Program-made: the position numbers and the translations under genes
Part shown: positions 1 through 8,064 of the stretch, one piece after another
How positions within the stretch are numbered: position 1 is the first letter of the stretch
Layout: the number at the start of each line of letters is the position of its first letter
Notes under the pieces: model-generated
Told to the model about the DNA's origin: nothing
Seen by the model: the letters and a program-made list of their open reading frames with translations, nothing else
Databases searched by the model: none
NCBI GenBank assembly: GCA_030426295.1
Contig: JAUHYY010000002.1
Location: forward strand, 1-35,326
DNA: 35,326 nt
From: a bacterium
GTDB taxonomy: Bacteria > Patescibacteriota > Gracilibacteria > UBA1369 > GCA-2718715
Reading direction: 5' to 3'

Positions 1-252
1 GATAATTATTTAGTTGCTGGTAAAACTGGTACATCCCAAACATATAGAAATGGAGTACCGTTAGAAGGTCTTGGTACTACTATTGCTTCTTTTGCTGGGT
101 TTGCTCCTGCGAGTGATCCGGAGTTTGTGATTCTTGTGAAAATAGATAAGCCAAGAACTTCTCAGTGGGGTTCTGATGTTGCTGCTCCTTTGTTTGGTGA
201 TATTGCTTCTTATATACTTCAGTATCAGAATATACCTCCGGATGATTTATAG
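1..252 (+). CDS. Penicillin-binding protein (class B / FtsI-like transpeptidase), C-terminal fragment; 5' end lies outside the window
   Basis: Frame 1 is open from base 1 to TAG at 250-252. Translation DNYLVAGKTGTSQ...FAGFAPASDPEFVILVKIDKP...GSDVAAPLFGDI carries the KTG(T/S) box and the conserved C-terminal transpeptidase signature. Not in the ORF track because it is open-ended. Confidence 0.75.
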   Translation, partial: DNYLVAGKTGTSQTYRNGVPLEGLGTTIASFAGFAPASDPEFVILVKIDKPRTSQWGSDVAAPLFGDIASYILQYQNIPPDDL

Positions 253-264
253 AATTTGGGTACT

Positions 265-292
265 AAAAAACCGAGCATTGCTCGGTTTTTTG
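265..292. terminator. Bidirectional rho-independent terminator between the PBP gene and rpmG
   Basis: aaaaaaCCGAGCattGCTCGGtttttt: perfect 6-bp GC-rich stem (271-276/280-285) flanked by an A-run and a T-run, sitting between two convergent stop codons. Confidence 0.7.
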
Positions 293-293
293 T

Positions 294-473
294 TTAGTTT
301 CCTTTTTTAGTATCTTTAGATACTGGAGTCACATGTTTGTGACATTTCTTACAATGTTTCTTATAGTTGATTTCACCAACTTTTGCATTTGCTTTGTTGT
401 AAGTACTGTTCCCGATTATGATGTCACAATCTGGACAGAAGTATGTGTTGTTTGTTCTTTTTCCTTTTGCCAT
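294..473 (-). CDS. rpmG: 50S ribosomal protein L33 (zinc-ribbon type), 59 aa
   Basis: Hand translation of the minus strand gives MAKGKRTNNTYFCPDCDIIIGNSTYNKANAKVGEINYKKHCKKCHKHVTPVSKDTKKGN. It has CxxC...CxxC, the Y.(T/N)KN and KK.C.KC.KH pattern and the size typical of L33. It is below the 60-aa cutoff of the ORF track; the 333..521 + ORF is its antisense shadow. Confidence 0.6.
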   Translation of the reverse strand: MAKGKRTNNTYFCPDCDIIIGNSTYNKANAKVGEINYKKHCKKCHKHVTPVSKDTKKGN

Positions 474-561
474 AGTTCTGTAGTTATTAGCTGCAAGAAT
501 TTATCAGATAGTTTTGTTTAAGTAAAGGGAATGTTGACTAATTAGTGGTGAGAATGGGATC

Positions 562-813
562 CTAGATTGCGCCTTCGGATTTTAGGAGTTTGATTTTTTT
601 GTCTTGGCCGCGGTTGTAGTTGCCGATTTTGCCGTCTGATCTGATTACTCTATGGCAGGGGATTTTTGGGTCGTAGTTTTTACTTATTATTGAGCCTACT
701 GCTCGGCATGCTTTTGGGCTGCCTGCTTTTTCTGCTACTTGTTTGTAGGTTAGGGTAGTGCCTTTAGGTATTTTAGAGACTACTTGTAGGACTTTTTCTT
801 TGAATGTTTGCAT
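562..813 (-). CDS. MGMT-family protein (methylated-DNA--protein-cysteine methyltransferase, DNA-binding/active-site domain only), 83 aa
   Basis: IPCHRVIRSDGKIGNY contains the PCHRV active-site motif preceded by the helix-turn-helix region (TYKQVAEKAGSPKACRAVGS). It starts 3 nt after the umuC stop. Confidence 0.8.
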   Translation of the reverse strand: MQTFKEKVLQVVSKIPKGTTLTYKQVAEKAGSPKACRAVGSIISKNYDPKIPCHRVIRSDGKIGNYNRGQDKKIKLLKSEGAI

Positions 814-816
814 GGT

Positions 817-2043
817 TTATTTAGCTATTGGTAGTTCTTTCCAATTAGTTGTGAATTCTTGTGAACGCATATTTGATTTCATTTGCCAGTGTTTTTTGAT
901 TCCGGTAGAAGCTGGATGTATTGCGTATTTGCCCCATTTTTCGTTTAGATAATCAATTGTTTGCATTAGTGGTTCTGTGTTTTTGACTTCTTCTGTTATT
1001 GATAGTTGAGTTGGATTTGCTGGTTTTAGGTTAGTGAATAATACACCTGCTTTTTTGTATTTTATATTTGGTTTGAATATTTTTTCTAGGTTTTCGTGAG
1101 CTAATTTGATTAAATCTGGGGTAAAGTTCGTTGCTACTAAAAGATCTGTTTCTTCGCTGTTGTAATAGCTTGTGCCGTATTGGCTTTTACCAGTATTTAT
1201 GAATGTTGTTACTCGACTAGTCACTAGATTTTCTGATCTGAGTTTACGAGCTGCAGTGTTAATGTATGTTGCTACTGCTTCTTTTAGTTCGGAGAGTGTT
1301 GTTACGGGTTTGCCAAAAGAGCGTGAGCTTAAGACAGATTTTCTGTGTGTATTTTTGGTTTTGAGGGTTTTGCATTCGGTTCCTCGAAGTTCGAATACAG
1401 TTTGTAGACCTGGTGTTTTCATTTTTTGGTGTATCCATTCGTCGGTTTTTTGAATTAGGTCGTAGGCAGTGTATACTTTGCATGCTTTTAAGTGCTTTGA
1501 GTATTGGCGTCCAACGCCCCAAACATCTTCGATTGGCAGAAGTTTTAGAAGGTTTAGGTCATTTATTTCTAAGACTCCTTTAAATTGAGGATATTTTTTT
1601 GCTATTTCATTCGCTGCTTTTGCTAGTGTTTTGGTTTTACCTATGCCGACTGATGTTGGGATTCCCGTCCATTGCATTATTTTCTTTTTAATAAAGTGCC
1701 CTTCTTGTAGGCAAGATATTGAGGTGAATGCTTCATCGATAGAGTAGGGCTCTATTTTGTCGCATAGTATTTGGAGTGAAATCATTACTCTTTTTGATAT
1801 ATCACCGTAAAGTCTAAAGTTTGAAGAGCATACTACTACGTTGTGTTGGTTTATTATGTCTTTGATCTTGAATAGAGGTATCCCCATTGGAATATTTAGG
1901 GCTTTTGCCTCATTTGATCTCGAGATAACGCATCCATCGTTATTTGATAGGACTATTACAGGTTTGTTATTTAGGCTTGGGTTGAAAGCTCTTTCGCAAG
2001 AGACAAAGAAGTTGTTGCAGTCAATTAGTGCATATTTAGGCAT
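817..2043 (-). CDS. umuC: Y-family translesion DNA polymerase, UmuC-like (Pol V catalytic subunit)
   Basis: N-terminus [51 protein letters not shown] is near-colinear with E. coli UmuC ([51 protein letters not shown]). Overlaps the upstream umuD-like gene by 8 nt. Confidence 0.85.
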   Translation of the reverse strand: [408 protein letters not shown]

Positions 2044-2335
2044 GTCTAATTATGTTAGTAACTGTTCCCCAAATAGAGGGTGTTTTGTTTGAAAATTTTT
2101 CGAGGTGAAATTCATTGTCCTTAATTGTTATTATTAGTTGATTTGCTCTAGGTGTTATTGATTTATCTATTATTAGTAAATCGTTGGTTAATACATCAAA
2201 CTTTGGGGAGCCTTTGAACTTTAAAAAGTAAGTTGCACTTGGATGTTTTATTATTAATTCATTTAAATTTAAATTTTGAGATATATAGTCATCAGCAGGG
2301 GAAGGAAAACCGGTATGTCTCATTAGCGAAGGCAT
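2036..2335 (-). CDS. umuD: UmuD'-like protein (S24/LexA-family fold) that natively lacks the cleavable N-terminal arm, 99 aa
   Basis: MPSLMRHT-GFPSPADDYISQNLNLNELIIKHPSATYFLK aligns with E. coli UmuD from Gly25 ([31 protein letters not shown]). Lies directly upstream of, and overlaps, umuC. Confidence 0.7.
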   Translation of the reverse strand: MPSLMRHTGFPSPADDYISQNLNLNELIIKHPSATYFLKFKGSPKFDVLTNDLLIIDKSITPRANQLIITIKDNEFHLEKFSNKTPSIWGTVTNIIRHA

Positions 2336-2361
2336 ACAATTTGATAGGTGAGTATGTCCTC

Positions 2362-2390
2362 ACTATATATTCTCTATTTCCTTTTTGCAA
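2362..2390 (-). promoter_or_regulatory. Candidate sigma70-type promoter of the umuD'-umuC-MGMT operon, with an overlapping palindrome
   Basis: On the minus strand: TTGCAA (2385-2390), a 17-nt spacer, TATAGT (2362-2367), about 27 nt before the ATG at 2335. Palindrome GTGAG-N6-CTCAC (2348-2363) overlaps the -10. Confidence 0.4.
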
Positions 2391-2413
2391 GGCTTTTCTC
2401 AGGTGTTTAAGCC

Positions 2414-2443
2414 TTGACTGTATTGCTTTCCATGATGTAGTAT
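2414..2443 (+). promoter_or_regulatory. Candidate promoter of the 1331-aa gene
   Basis: TTGACT (2414-2419), an 18-nt spacer, TAGTAT (2438-2443) preceded by TG. The ATG at 2459 follows with no visible Shine-Dalgarno, so the mRNA may have a very short leader. Confidence 0.35.
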
Positions 2444-2458
2444 TCGCACTCTTTATTT

Positions 2459-5400
2459 ATGGTTATGAATCGTTTTGGAAAAATTAGTTCCCCTGAGTGG
2501 AAAAAGCTTTCGTCTCTTGCTGCTTTAGAGAGATCTAATCACATTGATGCAATTACAGAAGGTTTGAAGCATAATCGTACAGCTTTAGCTGAGATTGGTT
2601 TGTTTGCAACATCTACTGATGCTGAAATCGAAGATTTTGTTTCCGCTACCGTTCATAATGCTTTTTCATTAAGAAGGCTAGAAACTGTTCATCCTGATGA
2701 TTATGATCAAGAATATATTGACGAAGTTGAAGCTTTTGGGCAGGCTATTAGTGGTAAAGAAACAAATTTGAAGGCATTGCAGCATCAGGTCGCTAATGAT
2801 TATCTTCGGTTGTTGGTTTATGCCGGAGTTGTACAGCCAGTTCTTGCTGATGATTGGGTTGTTGATAGGCGTTTAGACACTGCTTTGTCGCTTGGTCTTT
2901 TGAATGATACTGAAGGTGAAGATCCACTTGATGGGGCGCGTGCAGTAAATGAGATGGAAGCTAGAGTTCGAGATAGGTTAGATGATAATAAACCTAGTAT
3001 TTTTGTTTCTATGGTTAAAGGGTCTGGTAATGGTCGTTTTGTACAAGACAAGAGGCTTGCTAGAGCAGAAGAAGAATATGAGCGAAAGTATACAGAAATT
3101 GGTTACGGTGATAGGCTTTATGTTTCTATAGATGATGTCTTGAGTAAGTTTCTTAAGCCAGATACAGATTATGATATAGAGTCGAATTTAGTAGGTTATA
3201 AATATTTTGTTTCTGTTTTAAACAGTTTGTTTAGAAGGTATTTGCATAATGAAAGAACTTTGGAGGGTAGAGAATGGAATAAAGGTACAGACTTTTTTGA
3301 TTTTAATAAGTTGTATGAGTTGCTTAGAGAGCCGGAAAAACTTAGATCTTTCGTAGGTTTTACAGAGAATCCTTATGAGGCTTCTTTATCTATGCGTTTT
3401 GTGCAGGATAGGTATCAAGATTTGCAGCTTGCTTTGTATATTGGCTTAGCACGTTTTGTTAAAGATTTAGGTGTTTATGATACAGAGAATTGGTTTAGTA
3501 GAATGCGCGGATGTATTAAGGAAGTTCGAGATTTTTGTGCAATAAGAGTAGAAGATTTAGTTACTTTACAAGATGCTCCTATAAGTCAGGTTGATTTCTT
3601 ACTTCTTTATAATTATTTGGGTCAGCTTAAGTGGCTTCGCCCAAAGATGGATTTTTCAGATTATGAATTTGATGCACATGATCCTGAGAAAAAGAGGAAT
3701 TTATTGCAATTTTTGATTCAAAGTTTTCAAGAACTTGAAAGTAGTTTTACTGAGGCATCTAATCGTATTCAACATTTGACTGCAGACGAAATAATAGATT
3801 TGCTTCAATTAGATTTTGATTCAAATGAGATACTAAGAATTTTCTTTGAAGATGAATTTTTAGACTCTATAAATTCTGATACACCGATTGATCTTAATGA
3901 TATTGCTGCTAATACAGGTGATGAAAAACCATGCTATGCAGAAGGTTACATTAGGGGCTTATTTGAAGATATGGCAGAGGTAATGGTTGATCCAAGAACA
4001 ATGGAGCCTATTAGAGTGCATTCTATGCTTGATGTTCGAGCAGGTTCTCATGGTAATGCAGAGGCTTTGAAGAGAGATTTAGCTGCTAATCTTTGCGTAC
4101 TTGAATCTGGAGGAGTTATTGCTTCCGATGCAATTGTTGAATCTTTTACTATGATGATTCGTTTAGATGTTGTTGATGCTTTGGTAGATGATAGTGGTGG
4201 TCATAGGGCAAGAGTAGTTCTTAAAGGTAATGAGCCCCAAGCTGTTATTATACAGAAAGCAGGTGCAGAGAGATTTTTACCTGAAACATTTTTTAAAAAG
4301 AGCTTTGATGGTAGGCATGTAGTTGAGGTTCCAGTTGCTAGGCGTATACCTTTTGTAGCAGTTAGTAATGAAGTTCGTAGAGTTTTAGTAGAGCAAGGTG
4401 AGCATACTTATAGAGGTATACAACATTCGATTGATCAGTTTATTCGAGACAATTATTTAGATGTGATTTTAGAAGGAGAAGTTAATGATTACTGGATTGA
4501 AAATATTGAGAAAACCCCACAGTTAAATTTACTGTTTAGTCTTTACAGTTTCATGCTCTATGTATATTCAAATATTAATTTTAAGGAGCGAATGATTCTT
4601 GCTAGAATTTTCAATAAATTCTACGGGCGATTTTTTGGAACTTTCAGTCCTGAATTTTATCATAAGCATATTACTCAAGGGTTGAGTCTTACTGGTAAAA
4701 GCAAAGATGTTTTTGAGCTTTATAAGGAAGCTCCTTTCATTGCTATATATGCTTTGGGTGTACAATTGTTTAACTATATATGCAGAGAGGAAGGTAGTGA
4801 TGAAATTAAATTCACTGGGTTTGAAGAAAAGCTGTATCAGGGGTGCTTAGCGATTATGGAAGAGTTCGGTTCAAGTGATAACTTTAGTTTAATACTAGAA
4901 AAGTTGAGACAATTTTTATTAGAAAATTTAGATGAAGATTCAGTAGTAGAGTTTTTAACTCGTGATTTTGATTCAGACAAGGTAGATAGCGATGATTCTG
5001 ATTCTGATAAGATTGATCCAGATTCTGTTAGGCTTTTGATTCCTAAGTTTAAAATGTTATTTGAAGAATATATTTCTACCCGTAGCAATGAAAGATTATC
5101 ATCAGATATTAATAGAATTTTTTATGCGATTGCTAACAGGTTTGAAATTGCATCTATAGATCTAAGTTTTATTGATGAATATTTCTTGCAAAGCATTATT
5201 GATGGTGTAGGAGATAAACTCCTTCATGACACAGTTGAAAGAGAAGGCGATGTTTCTTATGGAATGACTCCTATGCAAATTAGTGAGGTAGTTAGTAGAG
5301 TTTTTAGAGATTTAAAACGGTACTGCGGTGTTGAGGTTGAAGGTTATCAAAGTGGAATAGAAGTTAATTTTGATACTCAGCTTGCTTCATTGCCAAGAGA

Positions 5401-6454
5401 GGGTGATCAAACTCCTTATAATACTTGTCATGTAATTGATAAATCCGAGTTACCTGATAATCATGGGGTTAAAGAGGTTAGGGATTCTGAGAAATTTAAG
5501 ATGCAAGCAGATTTATTAGAAGTCAGAGAACGTACAGGTCTTGAGAAGCCAATTTTCTTTTTGAATTTTACTGATTGCGTGACTAATAGGTCTTTCTTGG
5601 ATCGATTTGAAGAGTGGGGGCTTATGGACTATGTAAATGTTCTAGATTTTGATTTGAGAGAAGGTACTATAGATAAGGCTCGTTCTGTTCTTAGAAAGCT
5701 TCAGCCATATATTGGTGAGCTTGAGTTTGTTGATGGTGATATAAAGAAAGTTTCAGGAATCAAAGGTGGTGCCGGTGGAATAGTTATTGTTGGAGGGAAT
5801 TGGGATAATACTCCGAGTGAAGGAGGAAAGTTAATTAAGAAATTTGTTACGTATCCGATTATGGATTCTATGACTAAGTTTAGTCCTGAAAGCAGGGCCC
5901 TTAGAGCGCTATATGTATGTTTTGGTGCTCAAGAACATCATGATGCTCTTGTATCTAGACATAAGGCAGATGAAGATGGTGATTATTCTAAAGTTGGCGT
6001 GCAGCAAGGAATGTTTGAGTTTGGTATGTTCCCATTTGAGAAAACAGGTAATGAGTATGATGATATTATTTTTAATGGAGCAGGTGATCAGGTTTCAGTA
6101 GTTGCGACGCATGGAGGTCAGATTCCAGAAATTGATGATACGGGTGTTTGTGTTCCAGTAGGTAAAAATCTTGTTACTGGAATGGCTATGGGGCATGTTA
6201 GTTTAGATGGAAGAGTGTTGGCTTATCCAGTGCATCCTGAAGTGGCGCCGAAAGATATTCAGCGTGTTTTATTCGAGGCTGGAGCGTTTAAATCGCAAAT
6301 AGCAGCGGCCATAGGTGGTTTACCTTTTGCATGTATTGAATCTGGATTTGATGTTGAGGTTCAAGGTGATGCAGGTGCACGAATTTTGTACAATAGTTTA
6401 AATCACCACTTGCGAGGTATAATCAGTCAATTAGATGAGCTGGAAGCAGCTTAA
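2459..6454 (+). CDS. Giant acidic cytoplasmic orphan protein (1331 aa) with a C-terminal class I glutamine amidotransferase-like domain
   Basis: Uninterrupted 3996-nt ORF with no signal peptide or TM segment seen. The C-terminal ~250 aa show the GATase1 order of motifs: IFFLNF (beta1), GGIVIVGG, YVCFGAQ (nucleophile elbow, Cys codon 5918-5920), VATHGG, AYPVHPE (His/Glu, His codon 6233-6235). I recognise nothing in the N-terminal ~1000 aa. Confidence 0.8.
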   Translation: MVMNRFGKISSPEWKKLSSLAALERSNHIDAITEGLKHNRTALAEIGLFATSTDAEIEDFVSATVHNAFSLRRLETVHPDDYDQEYIDEVEAFGQAISGKETNLKALQHQVANDYLRLLVYAGVVQPVLADDWVVDRRLDTALSLGLLNDTEGEDPLDGARAVNEMEARVRDRLDDNKPSIFVSMVKGSGNGRFVQDKRLARAEEEYERKYTEIGYGDRLYVSIDDVLSKFLKPDTDYDIESNLVGYKYFVSVLNSLFRRYLHNERTLEGREWNKGTDFFDFNKLYELLREPEKLRSFVGFTENPYEASLSMRFVQDRYQDLQLALYIGLARFVKDLGVYDTENWFSRMRGCIKEVRDFCAIRVEDLVTLQDAPISQVDFLLLYNYLGQLKWLRPKMDFSDYEFDAHDPEKKRNLLQFLIQSFQELESSFTEASNRIQHLTADEIIDLLQLDFDSNEILRIFFEDEFLDSINSDTPIDLNDIAANTGDEKPCYAEGYIRGLFEDMAEVMVDPRTMEPIRVHSMLDVRAGSHGNAEALKRDLAANLCVLESGGVIASDAIVESFTMMIRLDVVDALVDDSGGHRARVVLKGNEPQAVIIQKAGAERFLPETFFKKSFDGRHVVEVPVARRIPFVAVSNEVRRVLVEQGEHTYRGIQHSIDQFIRDNYLDVILEGEVNDYWIENIEKTPQLNLLFSLYSFMLYVYSNINFKERMILARIFNKFYGRFFGTFSPEFYHKHITQGLSLTGKSKDVFELYKEAPFIAIYALGVQLFNYICREEGSDEIKFTGFEEKLYQGCLAIMEEFGSSDNFSLILEKLRQFLLENLDEDSVVEFLTRDFDSDKVDSDDSDSDKIDPDSVRLLIPKFKMLFEEYISTRSNERLSSDINRIFYAIANRFEIASIDLSFIDEYFLQSIIDGVGDKLLHDTVEREGDVSYGMTPMQISEVVSRVFRDLKRYCGVEVEGYQSGIEVNFDTQLASLPREGDQTPYNTCHVIDKSELPDNHGVKEVRDSEKFKMQADLLEVRERTGLEKPIFFLNFTDCVTNRSFLDRFEEWGLMDYVNVLDFDLREGTIDKARSVLRKLQPYIGELEFVDGDIKKVSGIKGGAGGIVIVGGNWDNTPSEGGKLIKKFVTYPIMDSMTKFSPESRALRALYVCFGAQEHHDALVSRHKADEDGDYSKVGVQQGMFEFGMFPFEKTGNEYDDIIFNGAGDQVSVVATHGGQIPEIDDTGVCVPVGKNLVTGMAMGHVSLDGRVLAYPVHPEVAPKDIQRVLFEAGAFKSQIAAAIGGLPFACIESGFDVEVQGDAGARILYNSLNHHLRGIISQLDELEAA

Positions 6455-8064
6455 AATTGAGACATTACGAGTTCGATTACTCGAGCGTATTTTTCGATAA
6501 ATTCGTTTTCGAATATTTCTAGTTTTCTATTTGGATTAGTATAAAGACTTAGAGTTCCAACTAGTTCATCTTTGAAAACTAAGGGTATAAGCATTAATGA
6601 ACAAAGATTGTTTTTCTTTGCTAGTGATTTTGATTCGTATTTTGGTTCTTTACCAACGTCGATTATTTTTAGTGCTTTTCTTTCGGTGAATGCTTTTTCG
6701 TAAAGGCTGTCTTTGTATTTTGCAGTTTTCTTGCCTTGCCAATCTTGTCCTACGCCAAAGCTTGAGACTAGTTCAAGTTTTTTAGTGTCTTTGTCAAAAG
6801 TTCTGAGTACGCAAGCATCTACTTTTGTTAGCATAATAATAGAACTTACAATGAAGTCAGCTAGGCTTTGTCTGTCTGATCTTTCGTTTGCAAGTTCTAG
6901 TAGGTCGAAAATATAGTCATTTTGACGTCTTAGAATACCGAATTGATTGTATGCATCTTTGATTTTTTCGTATTTTATAGTGAGTTCTTCTTCGTATTTT
7001 GCCTGGTTTGTAATGTCTCTACAGATAATTAAATGGTGATCTGATTTGTTTCCGTTTTCGTCGAAGATAGGCGTAAGAGTTGCGGATACTTTTATTGTTT
7101 CGCCGTTATTGTGGAATGCATCTATCTCTAGGTTGTATAGTACGCTTTCTGGTGCAGTCATTTCTTTTGCATCGTAATCATGGAAAAGTGTGTTTAGGTT
7201 TTGCCCAATTATTTCTTCTTCTTTATAACCAAATACCATTTTGGCTCCTTTGTTCCATGATGTGATTTTACCATCTGGGTTAAATACAATTATGGCATCA
7301 CTTGCGTATTTAATTGCACTGTTAAGGATTCTTTCAGTTTCTTCTTTTTCTTTGATTTGTGAAAGGTCAGTAAGTATTCCAATTGTTCCTCCTTCTGGTG
7401 AGGGGCTTCCACTTACTATAACTGGTATTTCTTCACCTTTTTTATTGAGAACTATTCCTTCATAGATTGAGCTAATACCATGTTTTCGTTCTTGTTCATT
7501 TATAGATCTAACTTTTTGTGCAGTTTTTTTCTCCCAAATAAATTCAGGATTAATGTCGATTAGTTCTTCTAATTCGTAACCAGTTAATTTACAGAACTCT
7601 GGATTTGCATAAACTGTTCTTTCGTTTTCGTCACCTACCCATACACCTTCTTTCATGTTTTCAATTAGGGTTTGGTACATTGATTCTTTTTTCTTTAGTT
7701 CGGTCATGTCTGTCATTATTCCGACTGTTCCTCCGTCTGGAAGGGGAGTTCCATTAAGAAATACAGGAATTAGTTCTCCAGACTTAGTTTTTAAGTTTCC
7801 TTCATAGCTAGAGCTTATTCCTTTTTTACGGTGATTTTGATTGATGTATTTTACTTTTTCTGTACTTTCTTCGTCCCAGAAAATGTATGATTCTTCGCCT
7901 ATCATTTCGTCTAGGGTATAACCTAGCATTTCTGCGAATCTTGGATTTGCGTAAACAGTTCTTTCGTTTTCGTCACCTACCCATACAGCTTCGGCCATAT
8001 TTTCAATCAGGCCTTTGTATACGTCCTCAGTATTTAATACTTTCTTCAATTTGTTTTCTTGCAT
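6451..8064 (-). CDS. Cytoplasmic sensor protein with three PAS domains and a C-terminal GAF domain, no recognisable output domain
   Basis: Two near-duplicate PAS units (…VWVGDENERTVYANP.F…GY…E…) and a third PAS (IIVFNPDGKITSWNKGAKMVFGYKEEEIIGQNL…ICRDITNQ). These are followed by a GAF-like segment (VDACVLRTFDKDTKKLELVSSFG…CSLMLIPLVFKDELVGTLSLY). No HisKA/HATPase, GGDEF, EAL or HTH seen. Confidence 0.85.
   Translation of the reverse strand: MQENKLKKVLNTEDVYKGLIENMAEAVWVGDENERTVYANPRFAEMLGYTLDEMIGEESYIFWDEESTEKVKYINQNHRKKGISSSYEGNLKTKSGELIPVFLNGTPLPDGGTVGIMTDMTELKKKESMYQTLIENMKEGVWVGDENERTVYANPEFCKLTGYELEELIDINPEFIWEKKTAQKVRSINEQERKHGISSIYEGIVLNKKGEEIPVIVSGSPSPEGGTIGILTDLSQIKEKEETERILNSAIKYASDAIIVFNPDGKITSWNKGAKMVFGYKEEEIIGQNLNTLFHDYDAKEMTAPESVLYNLEIDAFHNNGETIKVSATLTPIFDENGNKSDHHLIICRDITNQAKYEEELTIKYEKIKDAYNQFGILRRQNDYIFDLLELANERSDRQSLADFIVSSIIMLTKVDACVLRTFDKDTKKLELVSSFGVGQDWQGKKTAKYKDSLYEKAFTERKALKIIDVGKEPKYESKSLAKKNNLCSLMLIPLVFKDELVGTLSLYTNPNRKLEIFENEFIEKYARVIELVMSQF

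Noticed and set aside
333-521. 62-aa + strand ORF from the track
   Set aside because: It is the antisense shadow of a much more convincing L33 gene on the minus strand (294-473). Its peptide is low-complexity and hydrophobic with no motif.
1172-1522. Overlapping ORFs 1172..1453 (+) and 1259..1522 (-) inside umuC, and similar internal ORFs (2818..3051, 4568..4765, 4837..5088, 5913..6101, 6713..7465, 29245..30416, 31181..31381, 32276..32497)
   Set aside because: All lie within, and out of frame with or antisense to, much longer genes with clear homology. Their compositions are typical of shadow frames.
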